Assembly: GCF_001194135.2 (NCBI RefSeq)
Contig: NC_068983.1
Span: 142,907,479-142,971,478 of the forward strand
DNA length: 64,000 nt
Origin: Octopus bimaculoides
Lineage: Eukaryota
Direction: 5' to 3'
The notes beneath the pieces were generated by a model. That model was not told the origin of the DNA. It worked only from the letters and a program-made list of their open reading frames with translations, and searched no databases. Position 1 is the first letter of the stretch. The number at the start of each line of letters is the position of its first letter. The translations under genes and the position numbers were made by a program. Positions 13,501 through 25,485 of this stretch are shown piece after piece.

Positions 13501-14044
13501 GTAAGACAACTATAAACAGAAGCAACGGAGTGATCAGAATGCATAGATTTGTGCAGCTTAAGAAGAAAATAGATTGTAGAGGTATGAAGTTACTTCATAC
13601 AGAAGTTTGTTGCAGTGCAAGGGATTGTAGATGAAGAGATTAGTGTTTTAATGGTTTGAGATTACAGTTTTTGGTTCTAGATTGTATGATCTTTGGGTAA
13701 ATTCTGATTAAAACAAAAATGAAAAACTCACAGGCATTAATGAAAATCTTTTGTTCTTCTAATCTATCTTGATTCCTTCCCTTACTTTTTATCTCGCTCC
13801 TGACATATAATAACAGCTATTAATGATCCTCCACCTCTCTTCACTGTATACATTACTTTATATATATGTGTATTTGTGTTTTTTTATGTTTGTATGTCAT
13901 TATGTACATGTGGGCATATATATATGTTTGCATATTATTTATGTGTGTGTTGTGTGTGTGTTTGTGTGTACTTATATAGACAAGTTTGTATACATATGTC
14001 TGGCTAGACATATATATGTAGTGTATACAACTATATGTATATAT

Positions 14045-14245
14045 ATTGGTTTCAAATTTTGGTACAAGGCCAGCAACTTTCAGAGAAGGGGTAAGTCAAT
14101 TACATTACCCCAATACTCAACTAGTGCTTATTTTATTGACTCTGAAAGGATGAAAGATAAAGTTGACCTCAGCGGAATTTGAATTTGCAGCATAAAGACA
14201 GATAAAATGCCGCCAAGCATTTTGTCTTGGTGTGTTAATAATCCT
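14045..14245 (-). mobile_element. tRNA-derived SINE
   Basis: Reverse complement of the SINE body (gaaaggatgaaagataaagttgacctcagcggaatttgaa). Confidence 0.7.
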
Positions 14246-14265
14246 GCCAGTGCACAACCTTTACA

Positions 14266-14298
<33 letters not shown>

Positions 14299-14309
14299 GT
14301 ATATAATGC

Positions 14310-14466
14310 CAACTACTCTCTCAGAGTGGTTGGCATTAGGAAGGGCATCCAGCTGTAGAAACTATGCCAAATCAGATAGGAGTCTGGTGCAGCCTCTCAA
14401 CTTGCCAGCCCTCTCAAACCATCCAAACCATGCCAGCATGGACAACGGGCGTTTAATGATGATGAT
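14310..14466 (+). mobile_element. RTE LINE 3' tail
   Basis: gagtggttggcattaggaagggcatccagctgtagaaac...ccatgccagcatgg...atgatgatgat. Confidence 0.75.
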
Positions 14467-14539
14467 ATAGCTTTAGTTAAGCTATACACAAAAAATTAAT
14501 GGAGACCCAGAATGTGTTAGTGAAAGATTTATTTTGTTG

Positions 14540-15500
14540 AGCACATGAGGGTGATAGCTGCTTCTCAACTCCTGCTTCATAGAAGCTCACTTAATCGGAA
14601 GTCAACTTCGCTGCAGACCAGCTCCCTAGCTAGCCTGCAGTGAAGTTCCTGTCTACAGTTTATCTGTTATAAATCCTTGAGCAGTGTCCGACATATAACT
14701 CTCTCCCCACCGAACTGTTGACTGTCATTGGAACTAGGAAGACGTTTTAACTGTCCTGTCTATGCTTGTGATTACTTGGCTCTTTGGTGACTATTCCTTG
14801 GCAAGGGTTGATGTGATTTGCTTGGGGCAGCTCCTGTTTGGTGACCATGCTGACTTCTGTTCCTGTCTCGATTAGGAACCTACATTCAGAGCTCCGATTG
14901 CAGACATAGAGGAGCAGCTGATTGTGTTTTCCTGCCACCAGGGTATTCAATGGCGATTGGTCCTGGAGTTTCCCTGGGCTGATTGCCAAGATTTCCTGAA
15001 GCTACATGGTTGTCTGCACTTCATATCCTTTTTTTCTGGACTTTGTGTGGTAAAAGCACAGGTTGTCTTACTTAACTCTACCATGTCTTGGGGCTGGCCC
15101 TAAGGCATTAACCATAAAACCACTTGATAAAAAATCTTTGTCAGCTGCTTTTGCTAACTGCCACAGGCCCTTGATCTCGGTCTGAGTTATGAGGGCCTGG
15201 ACCTGGGGCAGTAACTTGCAGAGGAATATTTCCCTAAACAAAATGAAGGGGACTCATCTGGGGGAACTAATGCCAACATCTTGTCTATCAACTCCAATGG
15301 CTTGGAATTGCCTAATTCTTCCTGCTGTATCTTGGCTGTCACTTCCCAGTCAATCTGCCAGAATGTATCCACCAGCCTGTCTTTTAACGTGGTGTATTTG
15401 CGTGTTGCTGGGGGTTGGGTTAAAATGTCCAGCACTCTCATTGCTGTGTCCTCATTTAGTGCCGCTATGTACGAATATTTCTTTAGGTTTGAAGTTATTT
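14540..15500 (-). mobile_element. Gypsy LTR-retrotransposon gag/protease remnant
   Basis: KITSNLKKYSYIAALNEDTAMRVLDILTQPPATRKYTTLKDRLVDTF and ELGNSKPLELIDKMLAL (Gypsy gag), CFYHTK...KCRQPC (Cys-His box) and LYVCNRSSECRFLIETGTEVS (aspartic protease DTG motif mutated to ETG). No LTRs found. Confidence 0.85.
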
Positions 15501-15560
15501 TGCATACATATTTCATGTTATTTGCACTGCTGGTGACATCCTGTACCCATTTATGCATGT

Positions 15561-15563
15561 ATG

Positions 15564-15646
<83 letters not shown>

Positions 15647-15650
15647 TATA
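15561..15650. repeat. (TA)n microsatellite
   Basis: Directly visible; it is the source of the YIYI ORFs. Confidence 0.97.
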
Positions 15651-16321
15651 TCATTTATTATTATTTAATTGGACATGACGCATTCATTTCCATGTAAATT
15701 TATCTTTACCTTTTGATGCGACTCTCTACTCTCTACTGTTTTCTTCTCCCATCCTTCTCTAATTCCCTTTTTCTCCCCTCCTTCCTTCACCGTTTTTTAT
15801 CTGTCTTTCTCTCTCTCTCCATCTCTTTTTCTTTTTCTCTCTCATTGCTTACACGTGACCATCGTCCATCTTTTTTTCCTCATGTGACCATCTTTCTTTA
15901 CCTGCACAGATGTTTAAAGGAACAGACGTGTTTTCTCTCTCTCTCTTCTATCTTTTCTCTTTTCAAAAAAAAATGTTTCTCCCAGCATTCACTATTTTTC
16001 TCTCGTTCTGGTCTAATGACCCTCTATGTTTGTTTTCGTTCGGTTTCCTTGTATGTCTCCACTGTCATTTTTTTTGTTCCCAACTTTGACCCTCCATAAA
16101 TCCTGAATATTATTTTAGAATTTATGGGAGCAACTGTCTTTGAAGACACATATTGTTGTTGAATGCTTGAAATGAGTAGATAGACAGCTGACAACTGATG
16201 AAGGGTCTTTTCTCTGTGTTGTCCTTTCTCCTTGTTCATGTAATTCACTTGTTTTTCCCTCATTTGTTTATGTATTTCATGTTATTTGCACTGCTGGTGA
16301 CATCCTGTACCATATATGCAT

Positions 16322-16517
16322 GTATCATCATCATCATCATCATCATCATCGATTAACGTCCGCTTTCCATGCTAGCATGGGTTGGACGATTTGACTGAGG
16401 ACTGGTGCAACTGGATGGCTACACCAGGCTCCAATCTAATTTGGCAGAGTTTCTACAGCTGGATGCCCTTCCTAACGCCAACCACTCAGAGAGTGTAGTG
16501 GGTGCTTTTACGTGTCG
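16322..16517 (-). mobile_element. Young RTE LINE 3' tail
   Basis: (cat)n followed by cgattaacgtccgctttccatgctagcatgggttggacg...; nearly identical to 34680-34870. Confidence 0.85.
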
Positions 16518-18128
16518 TCCCCTTCATTATCTTTTCCTCTCAGTGTTTTTCAAATCTGCTAGCATTGTCTTGGTTTTGACCATTGCACCCCCAATAAAAA
16601 CACTTGTTACCTTTCTCTCCTCTTCATTCTGCATTGCTAAAAGTATTCCTTACTCTCCTTAATCATAATGTTTATCTTGCAATACCAATGCACATTTCAT
16701 CTCTCTCTGATGAAGAGCCTGTCTGAAACTTTAAACTTCTTCCTTATGGTATAACTTTAATTCCACTGTTTGAACTCTTTGTACAACCATATTACACTGC
16801 TTACAATATGAATTGATTTACAATTAAATAATTGTTATGTCTGACTCAGTTTTCTTTATTTCAATTAACATAGACATCTTGCATTTTGTTGATTTCCATC
16901 AAGAGAATAGAATTTGATAAGAATTCTAGAGTAGATTAGTGCAAAAAAACTTTTTTCTTTGTTTTTCTAACACAAGACTGCTGTTTACTGATTGAGAGTT
17001 TTGTATAGATTAAATGTTATATTCAGAGTGTTATGTACAGTTTTATTAGTTTGTAACTATATAGTGTTATAGCTATAAAACCAGCTTGAATTCTTTTGAG
17101 TTTCTTGATAAATAGAATATTCTTTAGATTCTATTTTGAGAAGAGCACTGATAAAAAATACAAAACACTTTTCTAGTTAAATGAATATCATTGGTTTGAC
17201 TTGGCTCTGCCAAATATCAAGCTGAATGCCAACCAGATACAATAGAAGATTAAATTACAAGGGAGCCAAGTTGCTTTTACTTTCTTTCTTTCTTACCCCT
17301 TTAACATCACAATATAAGTTCAGGCTGACAGTATCAAATCAGAAATACCAACATATGTTATTATGTATGATGTCTTAAACATAGTTGTGAGATTTATAAC
17401 TGAATTCTTACTGAGTGGAGAAATTCTACAAACAAAAAACAAGAAAATAGAAATATAAAAGAAAGAGAGAAAGTATCCCACCACCACCACCACCACCACC
17501 ACCACCACCACCGCCACCGCCGCCGCCGCCGCCGACGACGACCGGCTATAAAACAGAAAATTTGGTGACCATCTTCTAAGGATGAGAATAAAATATGAAG
17601 AAATAGTATCAATTTCTATTTATGGCTGAAAATAGGTAATTAGGTTATTTAGAAAATGGCAAACCTTCCACCTTAAGAAAATATTGTGGCAATAAAAGAA
17701 ATCTTTTCGGGAAAATTATTATTATTTAATGATTCTCTTTTTTTCTACTTAGGTTATATAAATATCAGACATTTTCTTTCAAAGTTAGGTTTTTGTTTTC
17801 ATCTGTGCCTGGCTTTAAATATAATTATGATGGTGTTGATAGATTTTTAGCCTGTTCTTCAGTATTTTTGTAAAGGCAATGCAATGCTATCCTGTGAAGT
17901 TGAAAAGATTGAAATTGTGGTGAGTTGTTTTGAAATTTATCAATAAAATTTTTTGAATTTACTAGTCAGGAAGGGTACTTTATCAAGTTGAGAGTATGCT
18001 TTCTTTTATTTCTATTGATTATATTGTTCCAAAAGACTAAAAGCCTTTCTAAAAAATATTCATAACCTTCAATTTAAGTAGGGGAAAAATTAAATGAGAT
18101 ATTTTTTTTTATTATTTAACTATCACAG

Positions 18129-18275
18129 CTGAGTTGCATGTTGGACTAGTAGCTTATGAGCTAGCAGTTTATATCTCAACAGTACTGCACTATACCTTTC
18201 TAATCAAAACATCCAACATTCAGTGGGATAATTCATTTAATCATAATAAGTACTATGAAAAGGACAGTTACAAGT
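18129..18275 (+). CDS. Candidate 147-nt exon (phase 1-1), xELHVGLVAYELAVYISTVLHYTFLIKTSNIQWDNSFNHNKYYEKDSYK
   Basis: T-rich acceptor with branch-like tttaac (tatcacag|), donor |gtaagt, fully open frame. No recognisable domain. Confidence 0.35.
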
Positions 18276-18497
18276 GTAAGTAGTAATAGAAACAATTAAT
18301 TGACAAGTGCCTCAAATGAACTCAGATCGTCTCATAGCTACGTGTTAGAGATACAATGGCTTCATCAAACTGACTTGCTCTAATCACACTGCATAATGAC
18401 CAAAGCCTAAAGTGTCTCAATTATTCAAATAGTTACATAACATTCATTTTATTACAGATATTTTAGTTCTAGCATTCACTGCAATTTGTTCTGCTAA

Positions 18498-19761
18498 CAT
18501 AGTCTTCAAGCTAAATTCGACAATTTGCAAATAAGGAAAATAAAACACAATATCTCATCTAAAAGTGAAAGCATTTTAAAAAAATCAAAAAATATCAACT
18601 AGATTATGTCTGGGAGATAGCAGTTTCCTCAAAGTAGTGATCCTCAGGTTCCACCACAGCCTCAAGACAGCTCTGGAACCTGGTGCATGTGTTCCATACT
18701 ATGTCCCTGGGAAGATCTTCAACACCTCTATGGCCTTAATATTGCAGTATTGTATGCAGAGCAGTTGGTGTCTTTCTCAACTGTAGCCCCAATACATAAT
18801 AATCCATGGGATTACAATTAAGGGAATTTGGAGGCTGAAAATTGGGGCTGGTAAAGTTGTGGAAATTCTCTGACAAACACAACTGACACTTTCTGGAGGT
18901 ATTTGCAAAGAGCCAAAACCTGCTGCCATACATATGGCCTTCCAGCAGCAACCCTCTCCAGCCAGAGTTTGACCACAGTCTCTAGCAGATTCACAGAACT
19001 GTCTGAATTGAGCCTAAGGCCCTATTGAAAGATGTGAGGCGGCATGACTTCATAAAGACTGGAGACACATGGAAAGACCATCACAGTTTGGGGGAACTTG
19101 CTTTTCATGATATGTGAGACATCATGTGAATTGTAGATAAGTCACCTGTTATTCTGGGTGTTGTGCAACTGACCTTGGCAGAAGTTATTTTCATCTGAGA
19201 AGAACCAGATCATCCTAGGCTCAACAGGATGCCTCAGCTTGTTTAGGAGCTTCTTTGCTTTCATCAATCAGTTCTCCTTGGCCTTGGCTGTCAGAATTTA
19301 TCCCTTGTATGAGTGGTAGTGAGGGTCCTCATCCAGGGCCAGCTTCATGGTGGCAACTCCAATACCCATCTCTCTCACCAAAGCCTAGATTCCCTTACTT
19401 GGATCTTTCATGACCTTGTCCTGCAGTTGTTGAATGAATTCAGGCGTGCGTATGCAATCAGAACATCTGTTGTGTTCCTTCCTGTTGGCCAGGCTTTGTA
19501 GTCTCCATTGCAGTTGTACATGTCATGTCTTACAGCATTTACAGTGTTCTCTGAGCATTGAGCAACAGTTATGATGTTGACATTTTAATATCCAGCACAA
19601 ATCTTCATGATACAGGTAATTATTTTCTAATATTCAGATTACTTCCAGCCTTCCATGTCAGCTAACTTTTTCTCAACTACAACTTTAGTCTTTATGCTCT
19701 TTAACACCTTTTCTGAATATAGGAGACATAAAGAATTGACAAATTTAGCCTGAACACCCTG
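18498..19761 (-). mobile_element. Full-length but defective Tc1/mariner element of the DD37D (maT) type
   Basis: TIRs cagggtgttcaggctaaatttgtcaatt versus catagtcttcaagctaaattcgacaatt (22/28), TA at the right end, about 1.26 kb. Minus strand gives PYVWQQ...SRKCQLCLSENF...PPNSLNCNPMDYYV. Confidence 0.85.
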
Positions 19762-21799
19762 TATTTTATCCAAATCTTTTTATAGTTTTTGTTGATTCTT
19801 GACATCTCAATTCATAGTTTATTCAGATTCTATTTTTTAACTGACAAAAAAAACTTTTTTTGTATAGTTGGTATAGATAGACATAAACTTTTAGTATAAT
19901 TCACTTGAGAATTAGCAATCATAGGAGAAAATGAAATTTTCATTGGTTTAAAGAGGATTTTTCTTTCTGGGTTTGGATATTTTCTGCTCAAATTGTACTA
20001 TTATAGTATATGCTAACAGAGATCTCTTTAATACATAATCTGTCTATTAAGTTTAATCTATCTCAATGTTTAATAATGTTTCCTATATTCTTTCTTCTGT
20101 CACACACATCTTTACTCTTCCTGTCATCCTTATTTGTTTCACCTCCCCAGACCCTGTACTAAACACTCTTCTCAATACTTCTTCTCTAGACCCTTGGAAA
20201 GTGTTCTCCACCAATGTTTTTTCCTATAGACATTGACCAATGAATGTTCAAGTTGAACATCAACTGCACCAATTTCACCAGTCTGGAAGAACTTGCAAAG
20301 ATCATGATTACTGTTGCACTAATTTCATCCAGTTATTGTTATGCTTTTGCACTGCACCCCTTTCTCTGACCCTCCACATACACACAGAAAAACACAAGCA
20401 CATTATTTAGTGTACAACTTAAAAGCAAAAAGTAGTTTATTGTTTGATTAAGCACAAAAGCTTGCACTGTCAGACTTAGAAATTAAATTTAAAACATTTC
20501 TCTTTATTGTGTCTGGATATTAATTTGTTAACTTGCTTTTAATATCTTGTGTAATGAAACAATACCATGACACCACCTTTAGATTAGTAAGCAGCTGAAG
20601 CTTTCAACCATAAATGTTTTCATCATTATCATCATCACTACAATGATAAATACGTACTTACTAGAAAACCTTCTGTAATATCATAAACTTGTTTACCACA
20701 AAAGTTTTTGTTAATATTTCTCATTGAGTGCATATACTTGGAAGTGAATTGTGATTTATTATCTCTTACTACAAGACAATTATTTGTTAATTTGTTAACA
20801 TAAACTACTTCCCTTGTGTAATATTTTCTAGGAAATTTGAATTGTAAGAGATTCTTGAAGCAGATTGAAGATAAAATCTTTTCAAAAACATTTGCATTTA
20901 TATACTTTCATTTCAGTCTCAGTTCAGTTCAATTATATCTAGGTTATATCACCAAAACCTTTAAGTTATCTTATTTTCCTACATCTTCATCTCTCTTGTT
21001 TTTTAAAATTTTATCGACTTCCTTTTCATCTGGGCAAGTAACATAAATGACACTTAAAGCAATTGTGTGGGTGTAAGCAATAAATAATTATCATTTCATC
21101 TAAGAAATTACTCAGATATAGGGTGAGAGTTTACAATTCTTATCTAAATGTGATGAGAGAATTGCAAAAACTAAATCTAACCAGATGTAGTTATTATTAG
21201 AATAAATCAGATATAACAGAATTGTGTAACATGAAACGGAAATCTTTAAAGCACTAACTCTTTTTGCTTTTTGTTTCCATTTTGTCGGTGATTGAATTTT
21301 TTGAACTGTCATCTAAATTTTTAAATAAGACTTGATATTTTTTTTGAAATGTTTCTTTTTTTATTTATTGGCCATATCCATAGATAGTGCATATAGATCA
21401 CAATGGTGGAGATAAATGATGTTTTGTTTGCTCTTATTGGGCATACCTTTAACACAGAGACTGTAAAATGCTCGAGAACAGTGCTTAGGTTCGGCACGGT
21501 AGGCTGACATGCTTCAGTTTGTTATGAGATTACAGTATATACTCCATGACTATAGCTGGTTGTGTGAGGTGAAGTGTGGCTGTCAGAGGATGTGTCTCTT
21601 TGATTGTACATTTTGTTCATATATATTTCAAGGCTTTGAGAGAAACCAAAGCAGAGGCTTGCTAAGTGGATATGATAAGTGTATAACAGTATAACAGCTT
21701 TAATTTCATGAGATTTACTAGCATAGAGAATATACCTAATGAAGTAATTAAGGCCTCTCTAAACTAGTGAGATCAGTGTAGGTAATGTCCAGTTTGACC

Positions 21800-22350
21800 A
21801 TTTGAGGTTATTGCCTATATGGCAGTCAACATGGCAGAATCTATGTAAACTTACATTTGTAGACTGATATCTATTGGAAAAAATATGTTAGAGGGATTCC
21901 AGAGGGCTGTAGTTCTGAGGAGGAATGATTTAGGCAAAATGTTTAGTACAATGTAAGTAGGAGTGCTCAGTAGTGATTATGAGAAGAGGAGGGAAATGAG
22001 CACAAGGGGGAATTAGTATGCATCTTACTAGTTTAGAGGAGAGTTGCAGAGGCCATTGTAGTAGTAGAAGAAGCAGTGCATTTGTTAGCCAGTGGTTGTA
22101 ATCTGTTAGTCTGCAAATTGCTGCCAATCATCTGAAGAACCTTCTTTTGAATGAGGTCTAGAATGTTTGTGTAGATGCTGTAGTATTACTTTTCTACATA
22201 TTGGAACAACACTCTAATGGGGATCCTATACTTTGTAGAAGGTCAGGTTGTGATCAAGATAGAAGTGTTTTCTGACCCTACAGAAGAAGCCAAATCATTT
22301 CTGTGCTGTTTCATCAGTGTTAAATACATGAGAGATCATGAGAGATTATA
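21800..22350 (-). mobile_element. Degenerate CR1/L2-type LINE 3' ORF2 remnant
   Basis: AICRLTD...HCTKHFAKSFLLRTTALWN resembles the CR1-clade terminal motif SFFPRTxxLWN. Confidence 0.55.
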
Positions 22351-23950
22351 AGGGCTAGTATTTGAGGGATTTTAATTGTATGTTGTTCATACATAGGGAG
22401 TGTATGTTACAAGACTTGATGGGTTCATTTGGTCTGGTTACACTTGTAAAAATTAACACTTCCTTCTCCAAGCCTAGATTCGAAACAGAATCTAAGAATC
22501 CTCGGGCGCGAAAGCAGGTTTTCTTTGTCCTGTCAAAAAGTGATTGATCATCTCCCTTTAACCTTCGACCTTATAGATGTCAGGCGAAGTTCAACTGGAC
22601 AGCAACTGACCTACTTAGGTACTAAGCCTGCTGCAGCATGTCCATCCTTCTAGCTGCCACGATTCTTATAAATAGAGTGGTCAACAAGACATCAGGAGAC
22701 AGACAGATGGAGACTGTGATGCGCGCAGACCGACCAAGTGCTCTGCTACTATCAGACAGAGATCTTTTGCCGTGCCACTCAAGATGAAAGAACGAACAAA
22801 CACACACACACACACGAACATATGTAGTCTTCGGATACATCAACTCCAGATGTATCCTGGTTCCATTTTTCTAGCAACTCGAAGCAAGTTGCCAAAATTG
22901 AATGTAGTGGCAAATAATATTTACTAACACCAGCAAATAAAAAAAATGTTATAGTTGAACCAGTTATCACTTTGTTATTTCACAGGCAAATACATGCCTA
23001 TCACACCGACACGATAACAAAAACATACCACATTTTGATGACACCACTACACACTGTCTAAAGACAAAAGACTTCTGTGGTGTCACAGTTAATGACTGAG
23101 TTATTTCATCACAGATCTTTGATGTGTGTAGTAATTGTACTTTTATGCTATTGGAGGATACCAGGTGGTCATGTTTCTTTTGAAAGTTGTTTTCATAATA
23201 TTTATTCATGAAGTTTGTTCAGGTCTTATATAAAATTTCTAGGTTGCATGTATATGATGCAGAATGGTAAGTGCGAGTGAAGGGTGATTTGCTTAAATCA
23301 CATATAATAGTAATTTCATAAACATATAATAGTAATTTCACAACAATGCAAATGTGATGAAGGTTGTGGTCACAAACCGGTTGTCACCTTTAAATTTTTT
23401 TAAGTCCTAAATTTAAGGACTTTGTGCCTTAATGGTTCTATATTAATTTTCATTGCTTAGAAACAATAAAATGTCTACAGATGATCTAAACGTATGAATA
23501 CTGGATTGGTAACACAACTCTTTATCTACTCAAGTATTTCATCCCATTAAATTTACTATAAAAGGGAGATCTACACTGAAAAGGATATTTGTGATATATT
23601 TTTTTCCAATTATATTTATTGAGCATGAAATTCTTGTTATATACATTAAACCTATTAAACATTTTTCCAGTTCTCCTAAAACTATTAAACATTTCTCCAG
23701 TTTTGCTAAATACTGGATATAAAGTTTAGTAATCACTAAGATGGAGCAGACAATCCTTCTCATAGAAATTCTAGCCTCATGATTCTTCTCATATGACAAG
23801 TATCAAGCAGATTAGATTACATTCAGCTGCATTTTAACCAATTTTTGTTTATTCAAGGCAAGTTATGTACAGAAATGAAGCTTGTGGCAGGTCAATCAGT
23901 GAATTTGTTTCAGTTTCTTCTCAGTTCAATTTAATTATATTGTTAATGAG

Positions 23951-24045
23951 TGGAGGCACAATGATCCAGTGGTTAGGGCAGCAGACTCACAGTTGTAGGA
24001 TCATGGTTTTGATTCCCAGACCAGGCATTGTGAGTGTTTATATAT
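23951..24045 (+). mobile_element. tRNA-like SINE head
   Basis: tggaggcacaatgatccagtggttagggcagcagact...ggttttgattcccagacc; A/B-box pattern. Confidence 0.7.
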
Positions 24046-24167
24046 TGAAGTTAATTCAGTCTATTATACCTTTTTACTACAAAAATATCACTTTGTGTCT
24101 AATGAAAAGAAACTGTTTATTAATCAGAAACCAAATTATTGTAGAAAATTAATAAATCTGTCATATA

Positions 24168-24622
24168 CAAGTAAATACCCAAAAATAACTGGAAATGTTC
24201 TCTGTGGGACAAGCCCATTGTAGTTCAGGCTTCTTCCACTAGAAGCCACTTGATACGGCCCTTAGGCATTAGCCTGCTAACTGGTGGTGTCTTCTGTAGT
24301 TATACTGCCCCCTTGTTCATCAATTTTTGCAATGGCTAAAATGAAGGAACAGCATGCCTCTATAAAATTCTGTTTTCTGCTGGGGAAAATTTCTGGTGGC
24401 TGAAACAGTTGTCATGCTTCAAGCAGCTTACAAAGACACTGCCATGAGCAAAACACAAGTTTATGAGTGGTTTTCACACTTTAAGAATGGTTACTTGTCG
24501 CTTGAAGCCCAATGCATTGCTTTAAATGGAGAATATTTTGAAGGCAATTAAAGTGTGAACATGTAAAACTAAGTGAATAAAATAACATTGCAAAATTCCG
24601 GTTTCTTTTGGGTACACCCTTG
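24168..24622 (+). mobile_element. Internally deleted mariner element
   Basis: TA-flanked TIRs caagtaaatacccaaaaataactggaa versus (rc) caagggtgtacccaaaagaaaccggaa. Encodes MAKMKEQHASIKFCFLLGK..ETVVMLQAAYKDTAMSKTQVYEWFSHFKNG fused to the mariner C-terminus QCIALNGEYFEGN*. Confidence 0.88.
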
Positions 24623-25159
24623 TATCTGGGCACCCTTGTATCTGGGCATTGCATAAAAATGTCTCTCCATAATGATTGCATAAATTTTAATTAAAATGAA
24701 TTTTTTCTTAAATTTAGACATTTTAAATATGTGTTTCATTAGTTGATTGTTTCAGTTGAAAACAGTTTAAAACAAAATTGTTATTTGAAGAAAATGATGT
24801 TATTTTAATAAAGAGACACATTAAATTTTGATACCTTTCTGATATAGGTCTCTGTGAAACCAATGTGTAAAATTCTAAGACACATGAAAGCATTTTTTAG
24901 AAGATATGTCTGTGTGGTTAAGAACCTCACTTCACAACCATGTGATTTTGGGCTCAGTCCTTTTGTGTGAGCAAGTGTCTTATGCTATGGCCTCGACTGA
25001 CCAATGCCTTGTGAGTGAATTTGGTTGATGGAAGCTTTTGATGTTTGATCTTCAGCTTTAACTTCAACTGCATTGACATCACCCACCTACGAGAGCCTAG
25101 AAAAGAAATAGGTACTCTAACTAGCTTTAAAAATATTCCTTTTGAAGTGAACTTTAGAT

Positions 25160-25485
25160 GTCAGCCTTTTTATTATTTATGCGCCCTTTCAAAGCCTAGC
25201 CAGGCTCATGGGCCCGGTTTCCTGGTTTCTATGGCGTATGTGTTCCCCTCCAACTGGACGGGACGCTAGTCCATCACAGCATTACTCAAGAAACAGGAAG
25301 AAAGAGTGAGAGAAAGTTGGGGTGAAAGAGTACAGTAGGGGTTGCCACCACCCCCTGCCAGAATCTCGTGAAGCTTTAGGTGTTTTCGCTCAATAAACAG
25401 ACACAATGCCTGGTCTGGAAATTGAAACCTTGATCCTCCAACAGCAAGTCTGCTGCCCTAACCACTAGGCCACTGCACCTCCATA
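25160..25485 (-). mobile_element. tRNA-derived SINE (near full length)
   Basis: Reverse-complement head tggaggtgcagtggcctagtggttagggcagcagact, homologous to 23951-24045, plus a body. Confidence 0.75.

Noticed and set aside
17851-17919. Short exon candidates ending at gtgagt
   Set aside because: The acceptor is ambiguous, the frames are not domain-like, and none is phase-compatible with the 18129 candidate.
22578-22984. Definitive solo LTR call
   Set aside because: TG...CA candidates exist but no matching TSD was found; kept only as a hypothesis in the findings.
23951-24032. tRNA genes at SINE heads (also 25403-25484, 26795-26870, 45655-45725)
   Set aside because: No complete cloverleaf, and each continues into a SINE body.
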